Part shown: positions 47,130 through 57,313 of the stretch, piece after piece | Layout: each line of letters starts with the position of its first letter | Position numbering within the stretch: the first letter of the stretch is position 1 | Assembly: GCA_963553945.1 (NCBI GenBank) | Contig: CAUVOX010000002.1 | Coordinates: 3,854-67,853, forward strand | DNA length: 64,000 bases | Direction: 5' to 3' | Source: an uncultured Candidatus Saccharibacteria bacterium | GTDB taxonomy: Bacteria; Patescibacteriota; Saccharimonadia; Saccharimonadales; Saccharimonadaceae | Made by a program: the position numbers and the translations under genes | The notes under the pieces: generated by a model | What the model was told of the DNA's origin: nothing | Database searches by the model: none | The model's input: the letters and a program-made list of their open reading frames with translations, nothing else

Positions 47130-47774
47130 TCAGATTATGCTTTGAAAACTATCTTTAGTGACGACGATGTGGTCGATTAGCGAGATCCCTAGGAGCTTGC
47201 CGGCTTCTGTCAGCCTATCGGTGACGTCTCGATCGGCTTGGCTGATCTCCAAGCTACCGCTCGGATGATTATGTGCCACGATGATACCGGCGGCTCGGTC
47301 GGTGATAGCATCAGCGAAGACTTCCCGTGGGTGCACCAGACTGGCAGTCAGCGTGCCGATGGTTACCACTCGTTGAGCGATCAGGCGGTTCGCCCCGTCG
47401 AGAGTTAGGCAGACGAAGTGCTCTTGCTTCTTGTCACGGATATTTGCCAGCAAAGCCATTGCCTTTTCCGGCGAGTCAACCACCGGTCGGTCGCTATCGA
47501 CCAGGTATCGCTTAGCCAGTTCTAGGCTGGCTAATATCACCGGTATCTTCGCTTCGCCCAGACCAACTACACTGCGCAAATCACTATACGTCAGTTCGCC
47601 GTCTTTCTCTCGCAGCAATCTAAGCACCCGGCGGGCGATCACGCCGACATCCGCCTTAGCGTTACCGCTACCAATGATTGCCATCAGTAGCTCCAGGTCG
47701 CTTAATCGCTCAGCGCCATAGCGAGCAAGTTTCTCCCTGGGTCGGTCAGCTTTAAGCTTGTCCTTAATCTTCAT
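47130..47774 (-). CDS. radC: RadC/JAB-domain protein
   Basis: DRPREKL, VHPREVF, AHNHPSG...S..D, DHIVV. Confidence 0.93.
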   Translation of the reverse strand: MKIKDKLKADRPREKLARYGAERLSDLELLMAIIGSGNAKADVGVIARRVLRLLREKDGELTYSDLRSVVGLGEAKIPVILASLELAKRYLVDSDRPVVDSPEKAMALLANIRDKKQEHFVCLTLDGANRLIAQRVVTIGTLTASLVHPREVFADAITDRAAGIIVAHNHPSGSLEISQADRDVTDRLTEAGKLLGISLIDHIVVTKDSFQSII

Positions 47775-47832
47775 GACGCTAGTATATAGCATCGCCAGCA
47801 AACTGTGCTATTATATACCGCAGTAAATTATT

Positions 47833-48597
47833 ATGACTAAGAAGCAGCCGATCATCACCGTATCTCATTTCGTCAAGCGCTATGGTAAGAAACGAGCACT
47901 CAACGACATCTCTTTTGAGGTGTATCCGGGCGAGATCTTCGGTCTGCTCGGTCCGAATGGCGCCGGCAAGACCACTACCCTAGAGATGATTGAGACACTC
48001 CGTCAGATCGACGGCGGTAAGGCAGTGGTTGATGGTCTCGACGTCAGTAAAGAGCCTATGAAGGTCAAGAGTATCATCGGTATCCAGCTCCAATCGACCG
48101 CCTTTTACAATAAGCTGAACTTAAGGGAGCAGCTCAAGATGTTTGGTAGTCTCTACGGCACCGAGGTAGATACCGACGCCTTACTGAGTAAAGTACAGCT
48201 GACCGAAAAGGCAGATAGCTACGTAGAGGAGTTGTCGGGCGGTCAGAAACAACGTTTTGCCATCGCTTCCACTCTAGTCAATCACCCCAAGGTTCTCTTC
48301 CTTGACGAACCAACCACCGGGCTTGACCCGCAAGCTAGACGAAATATGTGGGAGCTGATCCAGCAGATTCGAGACGAGGGCGTGACCGTCGTCCTAACCA
48401 CTCACTACATGGAGGAGGCTGAGCTACTGTGCGATCGCATAGCGATTATGGACGGCGGTAAGATCATAGCGCTGGATAGTCCGCACAATCTGATCCAAGG
48501 GCTACTGGATCGGGGTTTCGTCAAGGAGCAGATCGTTGAGCAGGCCAGCCTAGAGGATGTTTTTATTGATTTAACTGGAAAGGCACTGAGGGACTAA
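47833..48597 (+). CDS. ABC-2 exporter ATP-binding protein
   Basis: GPNGAGKTT, LSGGQ, LDEPTTGLDP, TTHYMEEA. Confidence 0.93.
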   Translation: MTKKQPIITVSHFVKRYGKKRALNDISFEVYPGEIFGLLGPNGAGKTTTLEMIETLRQIDGGKAVVDGLDVSKEPMKVKSIIGIQLQSTAFYNKLNLREQLKMFGSLYGTEVDTDALLSKVQLTEKADSYVEELSGGQKQRFAIASTLVNHPKVLFLDEPTTGLDPQARRNMWELIQQIRDEGVTVVLTTHYMEEAELLCDRIAIMDGGKIIALDSPHNLIQGLLDRGFVKEQIVEQASLEDVFIDLTGKALRD

Positions 48598-48600
48598 ACT

Positions 48601-49719
48601 ATGAAGAAATACTGGGGCGGTGTTAAAGGCCAGGTAATTGCCCTGCTGAAGCGACTGCTCAGAGATAAGACGGCGCTATTTTTCACCTTCCTGTTCCCGT
48701 TGATCTTCCTCTTCATTTTCGGCTCAATCTTTGGCAATCAGACCTCCACCTTTAGTGTAGCTATCATCAATCATAGCCAAACTAAATTTGCCAGGCAATT
48801 CGTCGACAAGATCAAGAGCACCAAAAAAGAGTCAATCTTGCGAGTCAAAGATGTTGCCGATATGGCAGAGGCTAAGGAACGACTAAAACAGTCGGAGCTA
48901 GATGGTATCATCGAGCTGTCTAAAGATTTCGGCGAGATAAAAGGCGAGGGGGCGAATGCCAGACCCAGTGGCACATTAACCGCCCTCTACGCTAAGGGGT
49001 CTGAGCAAGCCGGTAACACTCTCAGCGCCCTGGTATCTCAGATAGCCGATAGTATCAACAAGGCTATGGGACAGGCTGAGCCACCGATCACAGTCACCTC
49101 TAAGGCACTAGGAGATGAGGCGCTAAAAACCTTTGACTACACCTTTACCGGACTTCTCGCCTTTAGCTTGATGAGCATGGGTGTATTTGGTCTCGCTAAT
49201 CAGATGCCCGCCGAAAAGCGAAGAGGTTCTTATCGACGGTTGCAAGCCGCTCCATTCACTGCCGGGCAGCTGATTATCGCTACGGCGATCAGCTATGTCT
49301 TCGTAACCATTCTGAGTGCCTCCCTAATGGTGGCGGTCGGTATACTACTATTTCACTTTAATATGCGGGGCGACTGGCTACTATTCAGCGGCTTCTTAGT
49401 CCTGAGCGCCAGCCTAATGACCGGTCTTGGGCTAATCGTCGGTGCTTGGGCTAAGAATGAAAACCAGGCATCGTTACTGTCAAATACTATATCCTTCCCG
49501 ATGATGTTTCTCTCCGGAGCGTTCTTCCCGTCATTTCTAATGCCCGAATGGCTGAGCTCCATTAGCCGATTCGTCCCGATGACTCCCATCGTCGATGGTT
49601 TTCGTTTGATCATGACCGAACAAGCCGGCCTGGTCGGCATCTTACCTCAGCTTGGCATGATAGTCGGCTGGATAATCCTCGTTTATTTCCTCGCCATCAA
49701 GCTCTTTCATTGGGAATAG
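48601..49719 (+). CDS. ABC-2 exporter permease
   Basis: LFFTFLFP, extracellular loop, FLSGAFFP...PEW. Confidence 0.9.
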   Translation: MKKYWGGVKGQVIALLKRLLRDKTALFFTFLFPLIFLFIFGSIFGNQTSTFSVAIINHSQTKFARQFVDKIKSTKKESILRVKDVADMAEAKERLKQSELDGIIELSKDFGEIKGEGANARPSGTLTALYAKGSEQAGNTLSALVSQIADSINKAMGQAEPPITVTSKALGDEALKTFDYTFTGLLAFSLMSMGVFGLANQMPAEKRRGSYRRLQAAPFTAGQLIIATAISYVFVTILSASLMVAVGILLFHFNMRGDWLLFSGFLVLSASLMTGLGLIVGAWAKNENQASLLSNTISFPMMFLSGAFFPSFLMPEWLSSISRFVPMTPIVDGFRLIMTEQAGLVGILPQLGMIVGWIILVYFLAIKLFHWE

Positions 49720-49954
49720 GATAGCTAGACAAGGGCGGGCTATCGCTCGGTATCTCACCGACGCCTCTTAGATTATCTCAGAAGGTCGGTGAGATCTTGC
49801 TCCGCTTCCTTGACACCGGCTTTCAACCTTAGATAAGTTGCCCTTTTCCGATCTTAATCAATACTAAAACTAGCCACGTAAGATAACGAGGCTACTGATA
49901 AACACCCACTGTGGCAATACTACGAACTGCCACACTAGAAATAATCAAAAACCG

Positions 49955-50521
49955 CTAGCGGTCGGATAATTTCCGGAAGACTGCTAGTGTCGCTTCTCCG
50001 TAACTTCGAAAATCATCCACCACAACAACTCCGATAGGTTGGTACGGCACACGCAGTCTTCCTGGATATGATAGTATCATAAGCCCACTCGGTTGCAAAG
50101 TCTCCACCAGCCTCGATACCGTCTCCGGCTGTGGATAATTATAAGGCGGGTCAGCCAGTATGATATCGTACAGATCTGACTGGTCTTTAGTGTCTAACCA
50201 TGTTTTGACCGAGGTGCTTACCACCGTTACTTGCTCGCCTACACCCAGAAGCTCAATATTACTTCTAAGCACCCTTAACGCTACTCCATCCCGCTCAACA
50301 AAGGTCACCGAGCCGGCGCCTCGGCTTAATGCTTCCAGTCCCAGTGCCCCCGTCCCGGCGAAAGCATCTAATACTTTAGCGCCGTCCATCGACCGATGAG
50401 AAAGCAACCTGGCAAACAGCGCCGAGCGCACCCGGTCTCCCATGGGGTGGGTCGCTCGACTAACATCGGCGTTGATCAGCCGACTGCCGAATCGACCGGC
50501 GATAATTCTCAGTTTAGCCAT
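49955..50521 (-). CDS. rsmD: 16S rRNA m2G966 methyltransferase
   Basis: LRIIAG, LDAFAGTGALGLEALSRGA, ADPPY. Confidence 0.9.
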   Translation of the reverse strand: MAKLRIIAGRFGSRLINADVSRATHPMGDRVRSALFARLLSHRSMDGAKVLDAFAGTGALGLEALSRGAGSVTFVERDGVALRVLRSNIELLGVGEQVTVVSTSVKTWLDTKDQSDLYDIILADPPYNYPQPETVSRLVETLQPSGLMILSYPGRLRVPYQPIGVVVVDDFRSYGEATLAVFRKLSDR

Positions 50522-50533
50522 TACACTTCTCCT

Positions 50534-52582
50534 CTAGTTTAATGTGGTCAACTTCTGATACTTATTAATCATCGACTTCAGCCCCTGATATCTGTCCAGA
50601 TAAGATGGGTCGGCGATCAAGCGCCCCATCACTTTCTCTGCTTCATCTGACGCCTGCTTGATCAATAGCGTATCTGCTAGATTGACGCCTCTGAGGTTGA
50701 GCGCACCGTGCTGAGCGGTGCCGTAGATCTCGCCGGCTCCTCGCATCGCCAGGTCAACCTCCGCTAGATGAAAGCCGTCGCTAGACCGCTCAATCTCTCT
50801 GAGTCGCTTAGTTGGCGTTTTACTGTCTGACTGCATCAGATAACAGTAAGCTTGTGCTTCACCTCGCCCGACTCGCCCTCTCAGCTGGTGTAGCTGAGCT
50901 AGTCCGAATAGATCGGCATTTTCGATCACCATGACCGTGGCATTTGCGACATCCACCCCCACCTCAACCACGGTTGTCGAGACTAGGATATCCAGCTGGT
51001 GTCGCTCAAACTGACGCATCACCGCCTCTTTACTCTCGGCCGGCATCTTACCGTGCAAGATACCGACCCGGTATCCCCGGTAGCTGCCGACCACCTTTTT
51101 ATAGAGCGACTCGGCGTCGGTTTTTTCTGACTGCTCTGACTCAGTGATCAGAGGAGCGATGTAGTATACCTGGTGATTAGCCTCCAGCTCCTGCTTAATC
51201 GCTTCCACCATGGTGTCTCGTTGGTTAGGCGAGACAATCTTCGTCTTGATCTGGCGTCGACCGTGTGGTAGTTGGTCGAGAGTCGAGATATCAAGGTCGC
51301 CAAAAACCGTTAGCTGGAGTGAGCGAGGGATGGGCGTGGCTGTCATCGCCAGTAAGTGTGGCAGACGCTGATCATTAGTCTTGGCTAGCAGATCTTGGCG
51401 CTGCTTGACGCCGAAGCGATGTTGCTCGTCGATCACCACGAAGCCTAGCCGGCGAAACTGCACCGCAGGCTGAAACAAAGCATGAGTCCCGATCACCAGC
51501 TGGATCTCGCCCTCAGCAATCCGATCCAGCAGCTCTCGCCTGGCTTTACCTTTGATCGCTCCCGTCAGTAGACCGATCTTGACATTAGTCGAACTTAGCA
51601 ATTTGGTCATAGTGGCGAAATGCTGCGCCGCCAATACCTCAGTCGGCACCATCACCGCTGATTGATAGCCATCTAGCGCCACCTGATATGCCGCCATGGT
51701 CGCCACCACTGTCTTACCCGAGCCAACGTCACCCTGTAATAGACGGTTCATCGGCACGTCTCGCTCAAAATCTTGCAAGATCTCCCACGCCGACCGACGT
51801 TGCGCTTCAGTCAGACTAAAGGGTAACCCGGCCACGAACTGCCGGATCTCCGACTGCTTAAATGGCAATCTATACCCCTTGATTTGCTGATTAGCCCGTC
51901 GGTTCATCTTGGCGGCCAGTAAGAGAGAGAATAGCTCTTCGTAGGCCCAGCGTCGCCGGGCCAAAGCTAGCTTATCCCGATTAGTCGGGAAGTGCAGCTC
52001 TCTCACCGCCGTAGCCCTATCCATTAAACCCGCCTCTTGGACAACATCGCTGGGCAAGGTTTCATTCAGCATGGTGATCAGAGGCTTGAGCTTAGTCATA
52101 ATTTTCTTGATCATGGCCGGCTTGACCCCTTGCTTGGTTGAATAGACAGGCACGATCCGGTCGCTGGTCACCGGCAAGTTGCACACAGCTTCGCAGGCTG
52201 GCGTCAGTAGTTGATAACGACTCCGTTTCAGGGCGAATTCACCGCTAAAGTAGAACTCACCGCCGCCCCTCAGCTGACTAGCCCGATAGGGCTGATTAAA
52301 CCAGACCGCCTGAATCTTGTCGCCATTATCATCGACAAGCACTGCGGTAGTTATCTTCATATTACGCCTGGCAAAGCGAGTCTCCACCGACTCCGCCCGA
52401 GCTCTGATATTCACCTTGCCCGGTCTGATCTCAGCGATGCTCTCCGCCCCCGTGTAATCATCATAAGTACGAGGCAGAAAGTTGATCAAGTCGCCGGTCG
52501 TCCGAAAGCCGGCCTTAGCTAGTATCTCGCCGGTCCTGAGACCGACCCCCTGCACATCCAGTAGTGAAGTATTAAGATTCAT
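50534..52582 (-). CDS. recG: ATP-dependent DNA helicase RecG
   Basis: QGDVGSGKT, DEQHRFGV, TATPIPRS, LHQLRGRVGRG. Confidence 0.96.
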   Translation of the reverse strand: MNLNTSLLDVQGVGLRTGEILAKAGFRTTGDLINFLPRTYDDYTGAESIAEIRPGKVNIRARAESVETRFARRNMKITTAVLVDDNGDKIQAVWFNQPYRASQLRGGGEFYFSGEFALKRSRYQLLTPACEAVCNLPVTSDRIVPVYSTKQGVKPAMIKKIMTKLKPLITMLNETLPSDVVQEAGLMDRATAVRELHFPTNRDKLALARRRWAYEELFSLLLAAKMNRRANQQIKGYRLPFKQSEIRQFVAGLPFSLTEAQRRSAWEILQDFERDVPMNRLLQGDVGSGKTVVATMAAYQVALDGYQSAVMVPTEVLAAQHFATMTKLLSSTNVKIGLLTGAIKGKARRELLDRIAEGEIQLVIGTHALFQPAVQFRRLGFVVIDEQHRFGVKQRQDLLAKTNDQRLPHLLAMTATPIPRSLQLTVFGDLDISTLDQLPHGRRQIKTKIVSPNQRDTMVEAIKQELEANHQVYYIAPLITESEQSEKTDAESLYKKVVGSYRGYRVGILHGKMPAESKEAVMRQFERHQLDILVSTTVVEVGVDVANATVMVIENADLFGLAQLHQLRGRVGRGEAQAYCYLMQSDSKTPTKRLREIERSSDGFHLAEVDLAMRGAGEIYGTAQHGALNLRGVNLADTLLIKQASDEAEKVMGRLIADPSYLDRYQGLKSMINKYQKLTTLN

Positions 52583-53255
52583 CTTTCTCGACTAGACGCT
52601 CATGAAGTATATTGACTATACCAGCTAGCAGTAGATTTACCAGCATCATGCCGCATAGTGTCAGTAAGTAATGCAGTGTCGCCGTTATATTTAACACCGC
52701 CCAGGCCAGCACAATAGTCACCGACCAAATAGTCAGGATGATGAAGAGCGACGCCTTCTCCGGCTGGCTATCCATCAGACTAGCCCCCAGACTCAGCATT
52801 AAGTTACCCAGCCGAGACAACCATCGGAGCAGAGTCCAGACCAGTAGCGCCGCCCCCACGACAATCAATACGCCTAACGCCACTATCACCCAGCTATAAA
52901 ACTGGTTAATGATATTCATTCGCACTTCCATGGAGATGTCAGGATGATAGCCGGCGTTCGCTAAAGGATTGCCGGCTTGATCCAGAAAGCGGTTCAGACT
53001 ACCCGCCTGACCGAACACTAAGGTCATCAGCAGAAATATGCTAATCAGCCCGGCTACCGCCACCAGTGACTTAGCTAAGACCGCCAAGATATCATAGGTT
53101 AGCCGAGCCAAGTTATCTTTAGTAAACAACCTATCGGTCGGCTTGGTCGACTTAGTTGGCTTAGCCGGCCGAGGTCGCTTTATTAACCCGGATGGCTTAG
53201 TCGATTCGGTAGGCTCAGATGACTTTAGCGGTTTAGATGTTTTAGGCTGCTTCAT
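52572..53255 (-). CDS. Hypothetical membrane protein with K/P/T-rich N-terminus
   Basis: Four hydrophobic segments; co-oriented between tyrS and recG. Confidence 0.7.
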   Translation of the reverse strand: MKQPKTSKPLKSSEPTESTKPSGLIKRPRPAKPTKSTKPTDRLFTKDNLARLTYDILAVLAKSLVAVAGLISIFLLMTLVFGQAGSLNRFLDQAGNPLANAGYHPDISMEVRMNIINQFYSWVIVALGVLIVVGAALLVWTLLRWLSRLGNLMLSLGASLMDSQPEKASLFIILTIWSVTIVLAWAVLNITATLHYLLTLCGMMLVNLLLAGIVNILHERLVEKDES

Positions 53256-53261
53256 GACTCA

Positions 53262-54488
53262 TTAGCGCACCAGCACGAACCGGTTCTTACCTTTCCTGAC
53301 TAAACTACATTGGTCAAGTGGCTGATCGGCCGCCAGTTTGACACCGTTTACCGATACGCCACCGCCTTGGATTAGTCGCCTAGCCTCACCGTTGCTACTC
53401 GCCACCCCACCGGCTAGTAGCGCCCGACTAACCGTCAGTTCGCTCGTCAGCTCTACCGTCTTAATCTCGACACTCAGCAGGTCAAGCTCGTCGCTATCCA
53501 GCTCGCTCACCGCTCGACCACCAAACAGCACTTCCGTCACCCGCTGCACCTTAGCTAGAGCCGCCTCGCTATGGACCAGCTTGGTCACCTCCTCAGCCAG
53601 GCGATGCTGAGCCGGTCTAGCCTCGGGGTGGGCTCGCTGCTGAGCCTCAAGCTCACCAATCTCTTCCCGACTCAGAAATGTATACACCTTAAGGTAATCG
53701 ACCACACCTAGATCGTCAACGTTAAGCCAGAACTGATAGAACTGATAGACCGACGTCTTAGCCGAATCAAGCCAGACCGCCCCGCCCTCTGACTTGCCGA
53801 ATTTTTTACCGGTTGACTTATTGATCACCAGAGGAATACCAAAAACATCAACTCTCGCTCCCTCCAGCTTATCAACCATTCGCATCCCACTGGTGCAATT
53901 GCCGAATTGATCAACCCCGCACAGCTGCAGAGTAACACCATGCGTCCGATAAAGGTGAAGAAAATCGTAGCCTTGGATCAGCGAGTAAGAAAACTCAGCG
54001 TAGTTAATCCCTTTACCGCCGGCACCAATCCGCTTCCGGACAAAATCACGATCAAGCAATTGTGTCATCGAGAAATGCCAGCCGATATCTCGCAAGAAGT
54101 CGATGTAATTAATCTGCTGAAACCAGTCGTAATTGTCTACCGTCACGAGATCAGTACCACGCAAGATCCACTTAGCCTGCTGTTGTAGCAGCCCGACTCG
54201 ACGCTTGATCGTCGCCTCATCCAGCTTGGCTCTAGCCTCATCCTTGCCATCAGGGTCGCCACCGGCCCGACCGGTCGCCCCACCAGCTAAAAAGATAGCC
54301 TTGTACCCCGCCCGGATGAAACGTAGGCAAGTGACTAACCCGGCCAGGTTACCGATGGTCATACTATCAGCACTAGGATCAGCCCCGAAGTAAAAGGCTC
54401 CCGGCTGGTCAAGGGCGCTTAGGTCATCAATGGTAGTTTGCCCCACCAGTCCCCGCCACTTCAGCTCTTCGCTAAGTTTGGTGCTCAT
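53262..54488 (-). CDS. tyrS: Tyrosine--tRNA ligase
   Basis: GADPSADSMTIGN, EFSYSLIQGYD, GVDQFGN, KFGKS, C-terminal S4-like domain. Confidence 0.95.
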   Translation of the reverse strand: MSTKLSEELKWRGLVGQTTIDDLSALDQPGAFYFGADPSADSMTIGNLAGLVTCLRFIRAGYKAIFLAGGATGRAGGDPDGKDEARAKLDEATIKRRVGLLQQQAKWILRGTDLVTVDNYDWFQQINYIDFLRDIGWHFSMTQLLDRDFVRKRIGAGGKGINYAEFSYSLIQGYDFLHLYRTHGVTLQLCGVDQFGNCTSGMRMVDKLEGARVDVFGIPLVINKSTGKKFGKSEGGAVWLDSAKTSVYQFYQFWLNVDDLGVVDYLKVYTFLSREEIGELEAQQRAHPEARPAQHRLAEEVTKLVHSEAALAKVQRVTEVLFGGRAVSELDSDELDLLSVEIKTVELTSELTVSRALLAGGVASSNGEARRLIQGGGVSVNGVKLAADQPLDQCSLVRKGKNRFVLVR

Positions 54489-54568
54489 ACTGATATTCTA
54501 CCATGTTTGGTGCAGCCAATAATGTCGTGCTAAAATGGTAGCGTTAACTTGAGAGTGCGAGAGGGTCA

Positions 54569-57313
54569 ATGACAAAGAAAAGTTCATCAAGTAAGACTAA
54601 GACAGTGCGCAGTAATACCAGGGGGTCAAGCGAGACCGGTCGACGCTATGCTACCTACTCCGGCTTAGCCAAGATTAGGGGTAAGAGTCAGCGAGAGATT
54701 AATAAAGAGCGTAAGCTCAGGCGTAAGGCCGAGTACCTCGCTACCTTACCGAAGAATCCGGCCAAGCGCTTGCTGGCTCGGCTCAATCCCAGGCACCTGG
54801 CTAAGTTTTGGTTCTCGATGGACGGACTCAAGATGCTGGGTAAGATCTTTGGAATCGCCCTGCTTTTGCTGGTGCTGGTAGGTATCGGCACTTACTTTTA
54901 TTTCCGCAATGAGCTCAAGAGCCTTCAGCCGTCCGAGCTGGCTAAGAGAGTCCAGACTACCGTTACCAAATACTACGATCGCAATGGTCAGCTCCTCTGG
55001 GAGGATACCGGCACAGGTGAATATCGCCTAGTGGTTGACTCGAAGCAGATCAGTAAATACATGAAAGACGCCACAGTGGCGATCGAGGATCGTCGCTTCT
55101 ACGAGCATAGTGGCGTTTCACTCACCGGTACACTGCGAGCTATCATTAATAATGTCTTTCGTCGAGGCTCGACCCAGGGCGGCTCGACACTGACCCAGCA
55201 GCTAGTCAAGCAGGTTTTCTTTGAAGACGAAGCGGGCGACCGTGGCATTTCCGGCATCCCCCGCAAGATCAAGGAAGCAATCCTGGCGACTGAGGCGGAG
55301 CGGATCTACAGCAAAGACCAGATCTTGACCATGTATCTCAACGAGTCGCCTTATGGTGGACGTCGCAATGGTGTCGAATCAGCCAGTCAGACCTACTTCG
55401 GTAAATCCGCCAAAGATCTGACCATCGACGAAGCCGCCCTGCTAGCATCTATCCCGCAGTCACCGACCCTATTTAACCCCTATAACACCGACGGTAATGC
55501 TCAGCTCCTAGAGCGCCAGAAGACCGTCATCAACTACATGATGGAACAAGGCTTTATCTCTAGAGCGGACGGTGAGGCTGCCAAGAAAGTCGCCGTACTG
55601 GACAAGGTCAAGCCGGCCGATAATCAGCTTAGTGGCGCCAAAGCGCCCCACTTCATCCAGATGGTCAAAGACGAGCTGACCGACAAGCTAGGCGCCAAAG
55701 TCATGGGGCAGGGCGGACTGGCGATCAAGACGACTCTGGACATGCGAGTCCAAGACGTACTGGAGGGCGAGATGACCAAGCTATTTGAGGGCAATCTGTC
55801 CTGGCTGCCCCGCAGCTACGGCTTTGACAACGCCTCGTTCACTATGATTGACAATCAAACCGGGCAAATCCTTGGAGTAATGGGCAGTCGCAATTACAAC
55901 TTCCCCGGTTACGGTGCAGTCAATGCCGCCACCTCATTTATCCAGCCCGGCTCCAGCGTCAAGCCGCTGGTTTACGCCGCTCTCATCGACAATCAGAATA
56001 ATAAGAACGGCACTTACGGTGCCGGATCGATCATCCCCGATACCCCCATCCCCCAGAGTGTTTATCGTACTTCTGATGGTACGTCAGTCCAAAATGCCGA
56101 TCGACGCTTTAGGGGCAATATCCCCATCCGCCAAAGCCTAGCCGGCTCTCGTAATGTGCCGGCCATCAAGGCGATGTCGCTTAATGGCGTCGAGGCCACC
56201 CAGAAGTTCATCCGCTCCGCCGGTGACGCCAGCTACTGTACTGACGGTTCTGATACTAACGCCGGTCTCGCTTCGGCTATCGGTGGCTGTGGTGCTAAGC
56301 AGGTTGAGCACGCCAACGCCTTCGCCACGATTGCCCGAGGTGGCATCTACAAGCCCTACGAGACTGTCATTGAGGTGACTAATTCACAAAAGGAAAAGCT
56401 CTACGAATGGAAGGATGGTGACGGCACTAAGGTGATGGATAGTCAGACCTCATACATCATCTCTGATATCCTGAGTGATGATTCAGCTAGAGTAGCCACC
56501 TTTGGCTGGCGACCACAAGGCTTCTACGTTAACGGCATTAAGACGGCTACAAAGACCGGTACCTCCAACCTTGGTTACTACCCGAAAGACCTCTGGATGA
56601 TGAGCTACACCCCCAAGGCTACTCTAGCCGTCTGGACCGGCAATCATGTCCCCAAGGCACTGCGAGGCGGCGATGGAGCTAGCCTGGGACGAATCGTGTC
56701 AGATATCACCAGCAACGTCTACCATAATATCTTCCGAGCCGACGGTGCCTGGAAGCCGGGCGATTGGTTCACCCGACCAAACGGCATACAAACTCTGCTT
56801 CTTAATGGCGCTAAAGATATCTACCCCTCTTGGTACAATAAGAAGAGCAAGACTAGTGACGCCATCAAGATGACCTTCGACCGAGTCACTAAGCGCCGTA
56901 CCACCGAGTGTACTCCCGAGGGAGCCAAGGAAACCATTGACGTGATCAGAGTGACTGACCCGGTCTCACGCACTACCACCTTGACGCCACCTAACGGCTA
57001 TGATGTTAATTCATACGACAACTATCACCATTGTAGCGATGTCGCTCCGTTCATCTCAGACATCACCGCCACTAAGGATGCCGGCTCCGGTAAATACATC
57101 GTCTCTGTCTTAGCTAAGGCCGGCACTCACCCCATCACCGCTGTCACCATCAGCGTCAATGGTAATACTTATGATGCCAATGTTGGCGATACCGGCTCGT
57201 GGGACGCAACGATCAACGACTTATCCGGCTCGGTTAATATCAGCACTACCGTTCGAGACGAAGGTTACTACACCCAGACGATGTCTAAGACCCTGGAGTT
57301 AGCCAAGAAATGA
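54569..57313 (+). CDS. Class A penicillin-binding protein (transglycosylase/transpeptidase)
   Basis: EDRRFYEH, GGSTLTQQ, RKIKE; SSVK, SRN, KTGT; C-terminal beta-rich domain. Confidence 0.93.
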   Translation: MTKKSSSSKTKTVRSNTRGSSETGRRYATYSGLAKIRGKSQREINKERKLRRKAEYLATLPKNPAKRLLARLNPRHLAKFWFSMDGLKMLGKIFGIALLLLVLVGIGTYFYFRNELKSLQPSELAKRVQTTVTKYYDRNGQLLWEDTGTGEYRLVVDSKQISKYMKDATVAIEDRRFYEHSGVSLTGTLRAIINNVFRRGSTQGGSTLTQQLVKQVFFEDEAGDRGISGIPRKIKEAILATEAERIYSKDQILTMYLNESPYGGRRNGVESASQTYFGKSAKDLTIDEAALLASIPQSPTLFNPYNTDGNAQLLERQKTVINYMMEQGFISRADGEAAKKVAVLDKVKPADNQLSGAKAPHFIQMVKDELTDKLGAKVMGQGGLAIKTTLDMRVQDVLEGEMTKLFEGNLSWLPRSYGFDNASFTMIDNQTGQILGVMGSRNYNFPGYGAVNAATSFIQPGSSVKPLVYAALIDNQNNKNGTYGAGSIIPDTPIPQSVYRTSDGTSVQNADRRFRGNIPIRQSLAGSRNVPAIKAMSLNGVEATQKFIRSAGDASYCTDGSDTNAGLASAIGGCGAKQVEHANAFATIARGGIYKPYETVIEVTNSQKEKLYEWKDGDGTKVMDSQTSYIISDILSDDSARVATFGWRPQGFYVNGIKTATKTGTSNLGYYPKDLWMMSYTPKATLAVWTGNHVPKALRGGDGASLGRIVSDITSNVYHNIFRADGAWKPGDWFTRPNGIQTLLLNGAKDIYPSWYNKKSKTSDAIKMTFDRVTKRRTTECTPEGAKETIDVIRVTDPVSRTTTLTPPNGYDVNSYDNYHHCSDVAPFISDITATKDAGSGKYIVSVLAKAGTHPITAVTISVNGNTYDANVGDTGSWDATINDLSGSVNISTTVRDEGYYTQTMSKTLELAKK

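Noticed and set aside
49815..49830. Minus-strand GGTTGAAAGCCGGTG resembling the start of the raiA motif RNA or an SRP loop
   Set aside because: The remaining conserved segments of either RNA are missing
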